A stretch of 14,485 bases of DNA from Gemmatimonadota bacterium (GTDB lineage: Bacteria > Gemmatimonadota > Gemmatimonadetes > Gemmatimonadales > Gemmatimonadaceae): assembly GCA_031372565.1 (NCBI GenBank), contig JANMLN010000102.1:1-14485 (forward strand), given 5' to 3'. The notes beneath the pieces were generated by a model. It made no database searches. It was not told the origin of the DNA and saw nothing but the letters and a program-made list of their open reading frames with translations. Shown here piece after piece: positions 1 through 11,750 of this stretch. Within the stretch, counting starts at the first letter, position 1. The number at the start of each line of letters is the position of its first letter. The position numbers were made by a program, and so were the translations under genes.

Positions 1-590
1 AAGGCCTCGCGGGGCAGCGCCGACACGGCCGACCTCACCCTTCTCCGCAAGGATGGTCGCCGCGTGTCGTCGGTGGTGCGCATCACGGCGCAGCGCGACG
101 CGCAGGACGCCATCATCGGCTACCTGTTGATCGGCACCGACAACTCCGCCCGCAAGCTGGCCGAGGAGGCGCTCCTCCAGGCGGGGGCGCTCCAGAACGC
201 CATCTTCAACAGCGCCAATTTCTCGAGCATCGCCACCGACGCCAAGGGGGTCATCCAGATCTTCAACGTGGGCGCCGAGCGGATGCTCGGCTACGCCGCC
301 GCCGACGTGATGAACCGCATCACCCCGGCCGACATCTCCGACCCGCAGGAAGTGATCGCCCGCGCCCACGCGCTCAGCGCCGAGCTCGGCACGCCGATCA
401 CCCCGGGGTTCGAGGCGCTCGTCTTCAAGGCCTCGCGCGGCATCGAGGACATCTACGAGCTGACGTACGTCCGCAAGGACGGCAGCCGGTTCCCGGCGGT
501 GGTGTCGGTCACGGCGCTCCGCGATGCGACGGGCGCAATCATCGGCTACCTGCTGATCGGCACCGACAACTCCGCCCGCAAGCTCGTCGA
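1..590 (+). repeat. Tandem PAS/PAC unit duplication, ~426-nt (142-aa) period
   Basis: aaggcctcgcg at 1 and 427. The motif AIIGYLLIGTDNSARKL occurs twice. Confidence 0.8.
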
Positions 591-2196
591 GGCGGAACAG
601 GCGGTGCTCGACCAGCGGCTGCGCGACCAGCAGTTCTACACGCGCTCGCTCATCGAGTCGAACATCGACGCCATGATCATGACCGACCCGCGCGGCATCA
701 TGACCGACGTGAACCACGAGATGGAGGTGCTCACCGGGTGCACGCGCGACGAGCTGATCGGCGCGCCCTTCAAGAACTACTTCACCGACCCGGCCCTCGC
801 GGACCTGAGCATCAAGCAGGCGCTCCGCGACATGAAGGTCAGCAACTACGAGCTCACGGCCCGCGCGCGGGACGCTCGCGAGACCGTCGTGTCGCTGAAC
901 GTGACCACGTTCTACGACCGCGACCGGAAGTTGCAGGGGGTGTGCGCCGTGGCGCGCGACATCACCGAGCGCAAGCGCCTCGACGCCCAACTGCACGAGA
1001 AGAACATCGAGCTGGAGGGTTCCAAGTCGGTGGCGGTCAAGGCCAACCAGGCCAAGTCGGCGTTCCTGTCGAGCATGAGCCACGAGCTGCGTTCCCCGCT
1101 CAACGCCATCCTCGGGTTCGCGCAGCTGCTGGAGACCGACACCCCGCCGCCCACGGCGAGCCAGCAGTCCAGCATCGAGCAGATCCTCCGGGCCGGGTGG
1201 TACCTGCTCGAGCTGATCAACGAGATCCTCGACCTCGCCGTCATCGAGTCGGGACGGCTGACGCCGTCCATGGAACCGGTGTCGCTGTCCGAGGTCATGC
1301 TCGAGTGCCAGGACATGGTCGCGCCGACCGCGCTCTCACATGGCGTCACGACCACCTTCCCCACCTTCGGCGTCCCGGTCCTCGTCCACGCCGACCGCAC
1401 GCGGCTCAAGCAGGTGATCCTCAACCTGCTCTCCAACGCCATCAAGTACAACCGGCCGGGCGGGGCGGTCACGGTCGGTAGCGCCCTGCGGGAGAGCGGC
1501 CGCGTGCGCATCACCGTCACCGACACCGGGCCCGGGCTGCCGCCGGAGAAGGTGGCCCAGCTCTTCCAGTCGTTCAATCGCCTCGGCCAGGAAGGGGGCA
1601 CCGAGGAAGGCACCGGCATCGGGCTCGTCGTGAGCAAGCGGCTGGTGGAGATCATGGATGGCACCATCGGCGTGGAGAGCACCGTGGGCATGGGCAGCGT
1701 GTTCTGGATCGAGCTGCATGGGTCCGACGCCACGCACCACGAGCAACTGGTGGAGGAGATCGCGGCCTCGCCGGAGCACGTGATGGAGCCGGGGGTGCGG
1801 CAGCACACGGTGCTGTACGTGGAGGACAATCCGGCCAACCTCCGGCTGATCGAAACCTTCATCGCGCGTCGCCCCGACCTCCGCCTGCTGAGTGCGGGCG
1901 ATGCGCTCTACGGCATCCAGATCGCGCGAAGCGCGCAGCCCGACGTGATCCTGATGGACATCAACCTGCCGGGCATGAATGGCTACGAGGCGCTGCAGGT
2001 CCTTCAGGGCGACCCCGCGACCGCCCGGATTCCCGTGATCGCGCTCAGCGCCAATGCCATGGCGCGCGACATCGAGCACGGCCACGCCGCGGGATTCGTC
2101 CGCTACCTCACCAAGCCGATCAAGTTCGGCGCCCTCACGGACGCGCTCGCCGAGGCCCTCGCCCTCGCCGCCGCGGTCCCTCCTCGCGCCGCCTGA
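1..2196 (+). CDS. Multi-PAS hybrid sensor histidine kinase (PAS/PAC repeats-HisKA-HATPase-REC), 5'-partial
   Basis: Frame 1 is open from base 1 (KASRGSADTADLTLLRKDG..., part of a PAS/PAC unit), so the GTG at 64 is not the true start. H-box FLSSMSHELRSPLN, N-box NLLSNAIKY, G-boxes DTGPGL and GTGIGL. C-terminal receiver VEDN...LMDINLPGMNG...TKPI. Confidence 0.95.
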   Translation, partial: KASRGSADTADLTLLRKDGRRVSSVVRITAQRDAQDAIIGYLLIGTDNSARKLAEEALLQAGALQNAIFNSANFSSIATDAKGVIQIFNVGAERMLGYAAADVMNRITPADISDPQEVIARAHALSAELGTPITPGFEALVFKASRGIEDIYELTYVRKDGSRFPAVVSVTALRDATGAIIGYLLIGTDNSARKLVEAEQAVLDQRLRDQQFYTRSLIESNIDAMIMTDPRGIMTDVNHEMEVLTGCTRDELIGAPFKNYFTDPALADLSIKQALRDMKVSNYELTARARDARETVVSLNVTTFYDRDRKLQGVCAVARDITERKRLDAQLHEKNIELEGSKSVAVKANQAKSAFLSSMSHELRSPLNAILGFAQLLETDTPPPTASQQSSIEQILRAGWYLLELINEILDLAVIESGRLTPSMEPVSLSEVMLECQDMVAPTALSHGVTTTFPTFGVPVLVHADRTRLKQVILNLLSNAIKYNRPGGAVTVGSALRESGRVRITVTDTGPGLPPEKVAQLFQSFNRLGQEGGTEEGTGIGLVVSKRLVEIMDGTIGVESTVGMGSVFWIELHGSDATHHEQLVEEIAASPEHVMEPGVRQHTVLYVEDNPANLRLIETFIARRPDLRLLSAGDALYGIQIARSAQPDVILMDINLPGMNGYEALQVLQGDPATARIPVIALSANAMARDIEHGHAAGFVRYLTKPIKFGALTDALAEALALAAAVPPRAA

Positions 2197-2210
2197 CGAG
2201 GACCCCCGCC

Positions 2211-3959
2211 ATGGCCACCCCAACCGACATCCTGAACGCCCGCATCCTGATCGTGGATGACTCCCCGGTCAACGTGCAGCTGCTCGAGCGCATCCTCCAC
2301 GGCGCCGGCTACACCGCCGTCACGTCCACCACGGATCCACGCGCGGTCTTTGACCTGTATCGCGAGCAGCGTCACGACCTGATCCTGCTCGACCTCCTCA
2401 TGCCCGGCATGGACGGGTTCGAGGTGATGCAGGCCCTCAAGGACGTCGAGACCGAGGGATACCTGCCGATCCTCGTGATCACCGCGCAGCCCGGGCACAA
2501 GCTGATGGCGCTCAAGGCCGGCGCCAAGGACTTCATCACCAAGCCGTTCGACCAGGTCGAGGTGCTCACCCGCATCCACAACATGCTCGAGGTGCGCCTG
2601 CTGCTGCGGGAATCGCGGGACTACGGGCGCCTGCTGGAGCGTTACGATCCGCTGACCGGACTTCCCAACCGCCGGCTCTTCCGCGAGCTGCTCCAGCGCA
2701 CGCTCACCCGGTCCGACGACGCGCCGGGGATCGTCTCGGTGCTCTTCATCGCCGTGGATCGCTTCAAGCAGCTCAACGACGCGCTCGGACGCGGCACCGG
2801 CGGCACCCTGCTGCGGCAAGTCGGGGAGCGGTTGAACGGATGCATCGCCCCTGGCGACACGGCCGGCCGCCTCGAGGGCGAGTTGTTCGGCCTCGTCGTG
2901 GTGACCCCGGCCGACGATCCGCACGGCGCGCGGTTGATCGCCATGAAGGTCCGCGAGGCCTTGCGGCCGTCGCTCTCGCTCGAGGGGTACGACCTCGCGG
3001 CCACGGCCAGCGTCGGCATCGCGGTCTCGCCGAGTGACACGCTGGACGCGGACACGCTGCTCACGTATGCGGCGCGGGCCCTCGAGGAGGCCCGGGAAGC
3101 GGGCGGTGATACGTACCGCTTCTACTCGGAGGACATGAACCGGTTCGCGCGCGAGACTCTCGATCTGGAGACCGCGCTCCGCGGCGCCGTGGACCGCAAG
3201 GAGTTCGTGCTCCACTACCAGCCCAAGATGCGCGTGGACTCGGGGGAATGGTCGGGGGTGGAGGCGCTGATCCGCTGGGAACGGCCGGGACACGGCCTCG
3301 TGCCGCCGTCGGTGTTCATCCCGGCGCTCGAGTCCACGGGGCTGATCGTGCCGGTCGGGCAGTGGGTGATCGAGGACGTCTGCCGCCAGATCAGCGAGTG
3401 GGCCGACGCCGGACTGGAGCCGATCCGCGTGGCCGTTAACGTGTCCAGCCGGCAGTTCCTGCTCCCCGGTTTCGTGCCGGCGGTCGCCAAGGCGATTGCG
3501 GATCACCACATCGCGCCGACCACGGTCGACATCGAGATCACCGAGAGCTCGCTGATGTCGCGCACCGAGGAGGCGGATCGCGTTCTCCGGGAGCTCAAGG
3601 CCCTCGGCGTCTGGATCGCGATCGACGACTTCGGCACGGGCTACTCGAGCCTGGCCTACCTGCGCCGTTTCCCGATCGACACGCTCAAGATCGACATCAG
3701 CTTCATTCGCGACGTCACCACCAACGCCGACGGGGCCGCGATCGCCGTCGCGATCATCAACATGGCGCGCATCCTGCGCATGACGGTGGTTGCCGAAGGG
3801 GTCGAAACCGAGCCGCAACTCGCCTTCCTGCGCCAGCATGCCTGCGACGAGATCCAGGGCTACTACTGCTCCCCGGCCCTCCCGCCCGCTGAGCTGTCCA
3901 CGATGCGCCGCGCGCTGCGCGCCGCGACGCCCCCCGCTATCGAGCCGATCGCGGCGTGA
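2211..3959 (+). CDS. Response regulator REC-GGDEF(degenerate)-EAL; probable c-di-GMP phosphodiesterase
   Basis: REC motifs IVDDS...LLDLLMPGMDG...TKPF. GGDEF-domain start DPLTGLPNRR, but the signature reads EGELF. EAL motifs intact: EAL, VNVS, EITE, DDFGTGYSS, KID, AEGVE, QGY. GAGGA ribosome-binding site; 14 nt after the kinase stop. Confidence 0.95.
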   Translation: MATPTDILNARILIVDDSPVNVQLLERILHGAGYTAVTSTTDPRAVFDLYREQRHDLILLDLLMPGMDGFEVMQALKDVETEGYLPILVITAQPGHKLMALKAGAKDFITKPFDQVEVLTRIHNMLEVRLLLRESRDYGRLLERYDPLTGLPNRRLFRELLQRTLTRSDDAPGIVSVLFIAVDRFKQLNDALGRGTGGTLLRQVGERLNGCIAPGDTAGRLEGELFGLVVVTPADDPHGARLIAMKVREALRPSLSLEGYDLAATASVGIAVSPSDTLDADTLLTYAARALEEAREAGGDTYRFYSEDMNRFARETLDLETALRGAVDRKEFVLHYQPKMRVDSGEWSGVEALIRWERPGHGLVPPSVFIPALESTGLIVPVGQWVIEDVCRQISEWADAGLEPIRVAVNVSSRQFLLPGFVPAVAKAIADHHIAPTTVDIEITESSLMSRTEEADRVLRELKALGVWIAIDDFGTGYSSLAYLRRFPIDTLKIDISFIRDVTTNADGAAIAVAIINMARILRMTVVAEGVETEPQLAFLRQHACDEIQGYYCSPALPPAELSTMRRALRAATPPAIEPIAA

Positions 3960-4045
3960 CGTCCGGCGCGCCCTCGCGCCCAGACCGCCACGCCCTCACG
4001 CCGCGCATGTCGTGCCCGAGCGCTGCACGGTCGTGAAGTCACTCC

Positions 4046-7093
<3,048 letters not shown>

Positions 7094-7282
7094 GGCTGAC
7101 CTTGGTCTCCGCTCGGGCTGCGGGCACCCGCGTTCGGTGTCGGCACCCGGCGCCGTGGCGACCCGGCATGTCGCGGATCGGATCCGAACAACGTCGGATC
7201 AGCGCTGCTCCTGAAGGGTGACGCCATCGGCTCGCCTTGGCCATCGGCTAACGGAGTGAACGCGGCCGTTCGGCCCCTCCCT

Positions 7283-7302
7283 CGATCGGACTAGTCCGAT
7301 CG
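7283..7302. promoter_or_regulatory. Perfect 20-bp palindrome, candidate dimeric regulator site
   Basis: cgatcggactagtccgatcg is its own reverse complement. It is intergenic, ~190 nt upstream of the CHASE3 kinase start. Function is inferred only. Confidence 0.4.
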
Positions 7303-7311
7303 TGCGATGAC

Positions 7312-7350
7312 GCTGACGGGGTGACCGCTTCGTGCGGCCACCCCGTCAGC
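7312..7350 (-). terminator. Strong hairpin just downstream of the OmpA-family gene (no U-tract)
   Basis: On the minus strand: gctgacggggtggccgc-acgaa-gcggtcaccccgtcagc, a 17-bp stem. Its single non-Watson-Crick pair is G-U only on the minus transcript. Confidence 0.6.
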
Positions 7351-7368
7351 ACCTGTCCGTCCGTGTTG

Positions 7369-8430
7369 CTACGGCTTCTTCGGATCGGCCAGGTACGGAT
7401 CGGAGATCAGGATCCGGAACGAGGCGCGACGATTGGTCGCGTTCGCCGAATCCCCCTCGCGCGCGTCGAGCAGCACTCCCTCGCCGCGCGTCATCATCTC
7501 GAGTCGCACGCCGGCGACCCCCTTCGACATCAGGTACTCGCGGGTCGCGACGGCGCGCCGGCGTCCGAGCAGGAGATTGAAGTCGCCGGAGCCCGGTTCA
7601 CTGGTGTTGCCCGTGATGATGATGCGCATGGCCGGATTGGCGGCAAAAATCGGCACCTTGGCATCGAGGATGCGCTTGGCCGAATCGCTCAGTTCGGCGC
7701 TGTTGCGCGTGAAGTGGATCCGCTCCGACATGATCACGAGGGCCCGCGCCGACGAGGCGGAGTCGGGACCAAGCATCCCCTTCCGCCGCTCACGGTCCAG
7801 CGAGTCGCGCAGCGCCGCGTAGTCCAGCGCCAACTGCCGCCGGCGGGCCTGTTCCTCGGCGCTCACCGAGTCGGCCGACGACCGGTAGGTCACCGGCCCT
7901 TCGACCAGTTGCGTGACCCGGTTGGGATGGCGGTAGAAGCTCAGCCCGAACTGCAAGCGCTGGTACGACTGCCAGCTGTTGTTGGCCAGCCAGTCCGACA
8001 CGAGGTCGGCGCGGATCACCACGGTGGGGCTCAGCGTGAGCTTGGCCCCGATTAGCGCGTTCACGCCGTAGCTGTGGAGGAAGTTCGTTTCGGTGCCGGC
8101 GCCGGCGCCGCCACCGAGCATGATGGAGAACGGTCCGGCGACCATCGGCGTCCACACGACGTGGCCCGCCAGGATCCCGACGTTGACGTCGGCGAGGCCC
8201 AGGGTGCGCGAGGCCTTCATCTCGCTCTTCTCGAACTCGAGCGACAGCCGCTCGTCGAGGTAGATGCCGACGCGTCCGCCACCGCCGACGCCGGAGTTGA
8301 GGGTCGTCTGCTGGTCGAACCTGCCGATGTTGCCGAACATTCCGAGCTCCACCGTCCCGCGTTCCTGCGCGATGGCCGGCACGGCCCAGGCCAGCAGGGC
8401 GGCGCCGATGGTGAGTGATCTGAGTGACAT
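7369..8430 (-). CDS. OmpA-family outer membrane protein (signal peptide, beta-barrel, helical linker, OmpA_C-like domain)
   Basis: Signal peptide ending AIA-Q. Alternating beta-strands ending LQFGLSFY. C-terminal IHF...N..LG.RRA...YL...G...NRR pattern. GGAG at 8437-8440 favours the ATG at 8430 over the one at 8436. Confidence 0.88.
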   Translation of the reverse strand: MSLRSLTIGAALLAWAVPAIAQERGTVELGMFGNIGRFDQQTTLNSGVGGGGRVGIYLDERLSLEFEKSEMKASRTLGLADVNVGILAGHVVWTPMVAGPFSIMLGGGAGAGTETNFLHSYGVNALIGAKLTLSPTVVIRADLVSDWLANNSWQSYQRLQFGLSFYRHPNRVTQLVEGPVTYRSSADSVSAEEQARRRQLALDYAALRDSLDRERRKGMLGPDSASSARALVIMSERIHFTRNSAELSDSAKRILDAKVPIFAANPAMRIIITGNTSEPGSGDFNLLLGRRRAVATREYLMSKGVAGVRLEMMTRGEGVLLDAREGDSANATNRRASFRILISDPYLADPKKP

Positions 8431-8467
8431 GTGCATCTCCAGAGAGAAGCGTTGAGGAGGCGCGCTA

Positions 8468-8495
8468 CCGGGACCGGACGGGTGTCCGGCCCCGG
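8468..8495 (-). other. Intercistronic hairpin between the DUF3494 lipoprotein and OmpA-family genes
   Basis: On the minus strand: ccggggccggac-accc-gtccggtcccgg, a 12-bp stem with one G-U pair and no U-tract. Confidence 0.5.
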
Positions 8496-8508
8496 GAACA
8501 GGCCGAGG

Positions 8509-10551
8509 CTACGGCAGGGTGATGGTGTTGTTGGTGCCGAGCGAGACCGCACCGTTCCGCGCCAGGGCGCGTCCGATCAGGTTCGCGTTGTCCACGAGCG
8601 TGATGCTCGTCAGGGCGAGGATGTTGCCCTTCCACTGCGAGGCGGTGCCGAGGGTGGCCGAGGTACCGACCTGCCACCACACGTTCTTGGCCTGCGCGCC
8701 GTTGATCAGGACGACATTGCCGGCCGTGATCAGGGAGGTGCCGGCCTGGAAGACGAAGTTCGCATTCGGGTCGCCGCCACCGTCGAGGGTGAGCGTACCG
8801 GTGACGCCGATGCCGCTCGCGGTGCAGTAGACGCCCGCGGCCTTGGTCGTGCCGCCGAGATCGGCGACGATGGCGTTGGCCGGCGGACACGGGAGCCCGA
8901 ACAAGCCGTTGTAGGCGGTTGTGAGATCACCCTGCGCTGTGAGGGCGACGGCGTCGGCCAGGTGCTGCGTGCCCGTGATGACGCACGGACCGAAGCCGGT
9001 GATCGTGTTCCCCGGGCTGATGGCGACGTCGGCCGAGATGAGGCCACCGGTGATGCAGGTGACCGCGGTGCCGGCCATGATGCCGTTGAGGGCCGCAGTT
9101 CCGAGCGGAACAATCGGCGGCAGGACGATCGGGTTCACGGTCATGGTGGCCGTGCCGAAGATCAGGCCGCTCGTGGCGCGGACCGTGTTGACGAAGGTGC
9201 CGCTCACCACGCCGGCGGTGAACAGGCCGCCACCGGAGATGAGGCCACCGCTCGCGGTGACCGACCAGACCGGCGTGATCGGGACGATGTTGTTCAGGGC
9301 ATCCCGGCCGACGGCGGTGAACAGTCGCGTGCCACCGGCGAGGAGGGTGTCCGGATTCGGGGAGACCGTGATGGTCGCCAGCGCGCCGGCGGCCACGTTG
9401 ACCGTCGCCGAGCCGAAGATCAGGCCACTCGTGGCCCGGACCGTGTTGACGAAGGCGCCGGTGGTTCCGCCGGCCGTGAAGAGGCCGTTCGCGGCGATGC
9501 TGCCGCCCGCGGCGACGACCGACCAGACGGGGGTGATGGGCAGGATGTTGTTGCCCGCGTCACGACCGACGGCGGTGAACAGCTGCGCACCGCTGGTGAG
9601 CAGGTTGGCCGGGTTCGGCGAGACGGTGATGGTGGCGAGCACGCCGGCCGACACGACGACCGTCGCGTTGCCGGTGATCAGGCCACTAGTCGCGCGGACC
9701 GTGTTGGGGAAGGAACCGGTGAGCGCGCCGGCGGTGAAGAGGCCCGAGCCGGCGACGATGCTGCCGCCGCCCGCGACGACCGACCAGGCCGGGACGATGG
9801 CCACCACGTTGCCGCCGGCATCACGGCCCACGGCCGTGAAGAGCTGCGTGCCGTTGATGAGCAGCGAATCCGGATTGGGCGTCACGGTGATCGTGGCGAG
9901 CGGTCCGGGGGTCACGGTGACCGTGGCGGTGCCGGAGACGGTGCCATTGCTGGCGGTCACGGTGTTGGTGAACGTCGCGGCGAGCGTGCCGGCGGTGAAG
10001 AGGCCGCCGAGACCGATGGTGCCGCCGCCCGAAGCGACCGACCAGGTGGGGATCATGGCGACAATGTTGCCGCCGCCATCACGGCCCACGGCGGTGAACG
10101 CCTGGGTGCCGTTGATCGCCATGGACTGCGGATTGGGCGACACGGTGATGGTGGTGAGCGTGCCGACGATGACGACGACCGATGCGGTGCCCGAGATGCC
10201 GCCGCTCGCGGCCATGATCGTGGCGGTGTACGTGCCCGGCAGCACGCCGGCGGTGAAGAGGCCGCCGCTGGCAATGGTGCCGCCGCTGGCGACGACGGAC
10301 CACGTCGGGGAGATCGACACGACGGCGCCCTCGGCGTCGCGGCCCACGGCAACGAACTGCTGCGTGGTGCTGATCCCCATGGTGACGTTGGGGGTCACGG
10401 TGATGCTGGCGAGCACCCCGGGGCCGGTGGTCCCGTGCACGTCACAGGCGGCGAACAGCGCGCCGGAGAGCGCAAGAACGACGGCGAGTCGCGCCGTGAT
10501 ACCGGCCGGCACGAGCGCCTGCCAGATGCGAGTGAAAGTCGGGTGTCTCAT
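8509..10551 (-). CDS. Lipoprotein with five Ig-like (Big_2-like) repeats and a C-terminal DUF3494 ice-binding-like domain, 680 aa
   Basis: AAGGAG 7 nt before the ATG at 10551. Hydrophobic stretch and lipobox FAAC (Cys36). Five repeats beginning L.[ST]ITV.PN. DUF3494 motifs LGTA..GI.AG, AQ.DL.TAY, DLGG.T...GVY, LTLDG.GDPNA.FVFQ, LINGAQAKNVWWQVG, GRALA. Confidence 0.92.
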   Translation of the reverse strand: MRHPTFTRIWQALVPAGITARLAVVLALSGALFAACDVHGTTGPGVLASITVTPNVTMGISTTQQFVAVGRDAEGAVVSISPTWSVVASGGTIASGGLFTAGVLPGTYTATIMAASGGISGTASVVVIVGTLTTITVSPNPQSMAINGTQAFTAVGRDGGGNIVAMIPTWSVASGGGTIGLGGLFTAGTLAATFTNTVTASNGTVSGTATVTVTPGPLATITVTPNPDSLLINGTQLFTAVGRDAGGNVVAIVPAWSVVAGGGSIVAGSGLFTAGALTGSFPNTVRATSGLITGNATVVVSAGVLATITVSPNPANLLTSGAQLFTAVGRDAGNNILPITPVWSVVAAGGSIAANGLFTAGGTTGAFVNTVRATSGLIFGSATVNVAAGALATITVSPNPDTLLAGGTRLFTAVGRDALNNIVPITPVWSVTASGGLISGGGLFTAGVVSGTFVNTVRATSGLIFGTATMTVNPIVLPPIVPLGTAALNGIMAGTAVTCITGGLISADVAISPGNTITGFGPCVITGTQHLADAVALTAQGDLTTAYNGLFGLPCPPANAIVADLGGTTKAAGVYCTASGIGVTGTLTLDGGGDPNANFVFQAGTSLITAGNVVLINGAQAKNVWWQVGTSATLGTASQWKGNILALTSITLVDNANLIGRALARNGAVSLGTNNTITLP
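9130..10413 (-). repeat. Five diverged tandem Ig-like repeats of ~85-87 aa
   Basis: Recurring ITV.PN...F.AVGRD..WSV..GG.I...GLFTAG....SG...G.A. Confidence 0.9.
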
Positions 10552-10729
10552 GGTGCGCTCCTTGAAGCGGCGGGCGTGAGGGACTGCGTATGACAGGCGT
10601 GCATGGCTGCGTTCCTGGTGCTCAGATGCCGCGGTATGCGGCTTCCCTGAGGAATAGCCAGTTCGGTCGGCGTGGGACATCGCACAACGAGGTGAAACGG
10701 GAGTGTCAGCCCGCGATAGGCGTGGGGGT

Positions 10730-10771
10730 CGGCACTCACCCGAAGGCACCACGCCATCGGGCGGAGTGCCG
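10730..10771 (-). terminator. Hairpin downstream of the 111-aa ORF and upstream of the lipoprotein gene
   Basis: Outer stem cggcactc/gagtgccg and inner stem gcccga/tcgggt on the minus strand. No U-tract. Confidence 0.4.
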
Positions 10772-10796
10772 TCACGATCGCGTTCGCCGGCGCCCC

Positions 10797-11132
10797 CTAG
10801 TGCGGGTGGGCGGGCGGCTCGCGCGGCGCCTCATCGTCAATCGTCATCGGCGCGGTGACCGAGTAGCCCACATGGAGTGCGGCGAGTGCGGCCTCGAGCC
10901 GGTGGTTGGCCTCGCCGTCCTGGGCGGGGCTGTCGGCGACGATCAGGATGTGGGTCACCTGCTGCTTGTGAATGACCCGTCCCGCCCACACCCGCTCCCC
11001 CCGCTGCGCGGCGGCGTTCTCGCGCTCGAGCATGCCCGTGATGGAGCGCAACCGCTCCTCATCCTGCGGCACGAGCTCGTACGCATACGCCCAGGTGCCC
11101 TTCGGCAACTGCCCTGGCTTCTTCGTGGCCAT
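10797..11132 (-). CDS. Hypothetical protein, 111 aa (MATKKPGQLPKGTWAYAYEL...)
   Basis: GGAGG 5 nt before the ATG at 11132, GC-rich third codon positions, and a globular alpha/beta-looking sequence. No family recognised. Confidence 0.7.
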   Translation of the reverse strand: MATKKPGQLPKGTWAYAYELVPQDEERLRSITGMLERENAAAQRGERVWAGRVIHKQQVTHILIVADSPAQDGEANHRLEAALAALHVGYSVTAPMTIDDEAPREPPAHPH

Positions 11133-11318
11133 CTGCTCCTCCAGTGTGCGACGGTCCGTCGGCAGCTGACCCGCCGGATCCCATGTCGCCGGGCCGAGAG
11201 TGACCCGTTCGGACATGTGGTGAGCGAGAGGTATGGCGGCTGTCGTGCGGCAGGTATCGCTCACAGGGATGAAAGACGAGGTACGCCGTCTGTGCCGCGC
11301 GACGGACGTTCCGAATCC

Positions 11319-11555
11319 TCAAGCAAGGATGAAGGCGATGCCCGACAGCTCGTCGAGCACGTACACGGCCGCCGCGCCGTCGGAGGCCAGGCGGACATAC
11401 CGCATGGGCGACGTGCGCCAGGTGGGTTGCCCGCGAAAACCGGTGGTGATGCGCGCCTGGTCCTCGACATCGAGGGGCGACCCATCGACCGTGGCACTGG
11501 CGTGGCGATCTGCCGGATCGCGGCTTGGAGATTGAGTGAAGCGCGTTGCGAACAT
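11319..11555 (-). CDS. Small hypothetical protein, 78 aa (MFATRFTQ...VYVLDELSGIAFILA)
   Basis: GAGGT shortly before the ATG at 11555, and a C-terminal half that looks like beta-strands. No homology recognised. Confidence 0.45.
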   Translation of the reverse strand: MFATRFTQSPSRDPADRHASATVDGSPLDVEDQARITTGFRGQPTWRTSPMRYVRLASDGAAAVYVLDELSGIAFILA

Positions 11556-11750
11556 GTGGACCTCGGGGACCCGAACGGGACGAGTTGCAGGATGGGGTCG
11601 CGGCCGGGCGCGAACCATCACGCAATGGTGCGAGAGCCACCGGGGTCACCTCGGGCGGTGGAGGCACTACGCCAGAGGTGCGATGGTCACGCGCGGGCGC
11701 CGCTGCCATCCATGCAGCTCACCGCATCGTCGCGCATCTGGATCGCTTCC

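Noticed and set aside
7246..7275. attC-like ends ggctaac...gttcggc
   Set aside because: Only ~30 bp, too short for an attC site, lacking inner L boxes, and not positioned after a cassette ORF.
10671..10686. cgtggg-acat-cgcaca as a Crp/Fnr-type dyad upstream of the lipoprotein
   Set aside because: The dyad is imperfect, has no convincing second copy in the window, and no such regulator gene is present.
10552..10730. Possible c-di-GMP riboswitch in the lipoprotein leader
   Set aside because: I could not find class I or class II consensus elements by eye. An Rfam/Infernal scan would settle it.
10552..10752. 67-codon N-terminal extension of the lipoprotein in the ORF track
   Set aside because: The strong AAGGAG site and the signal peptide/lipobox position indicate a start at 10551.
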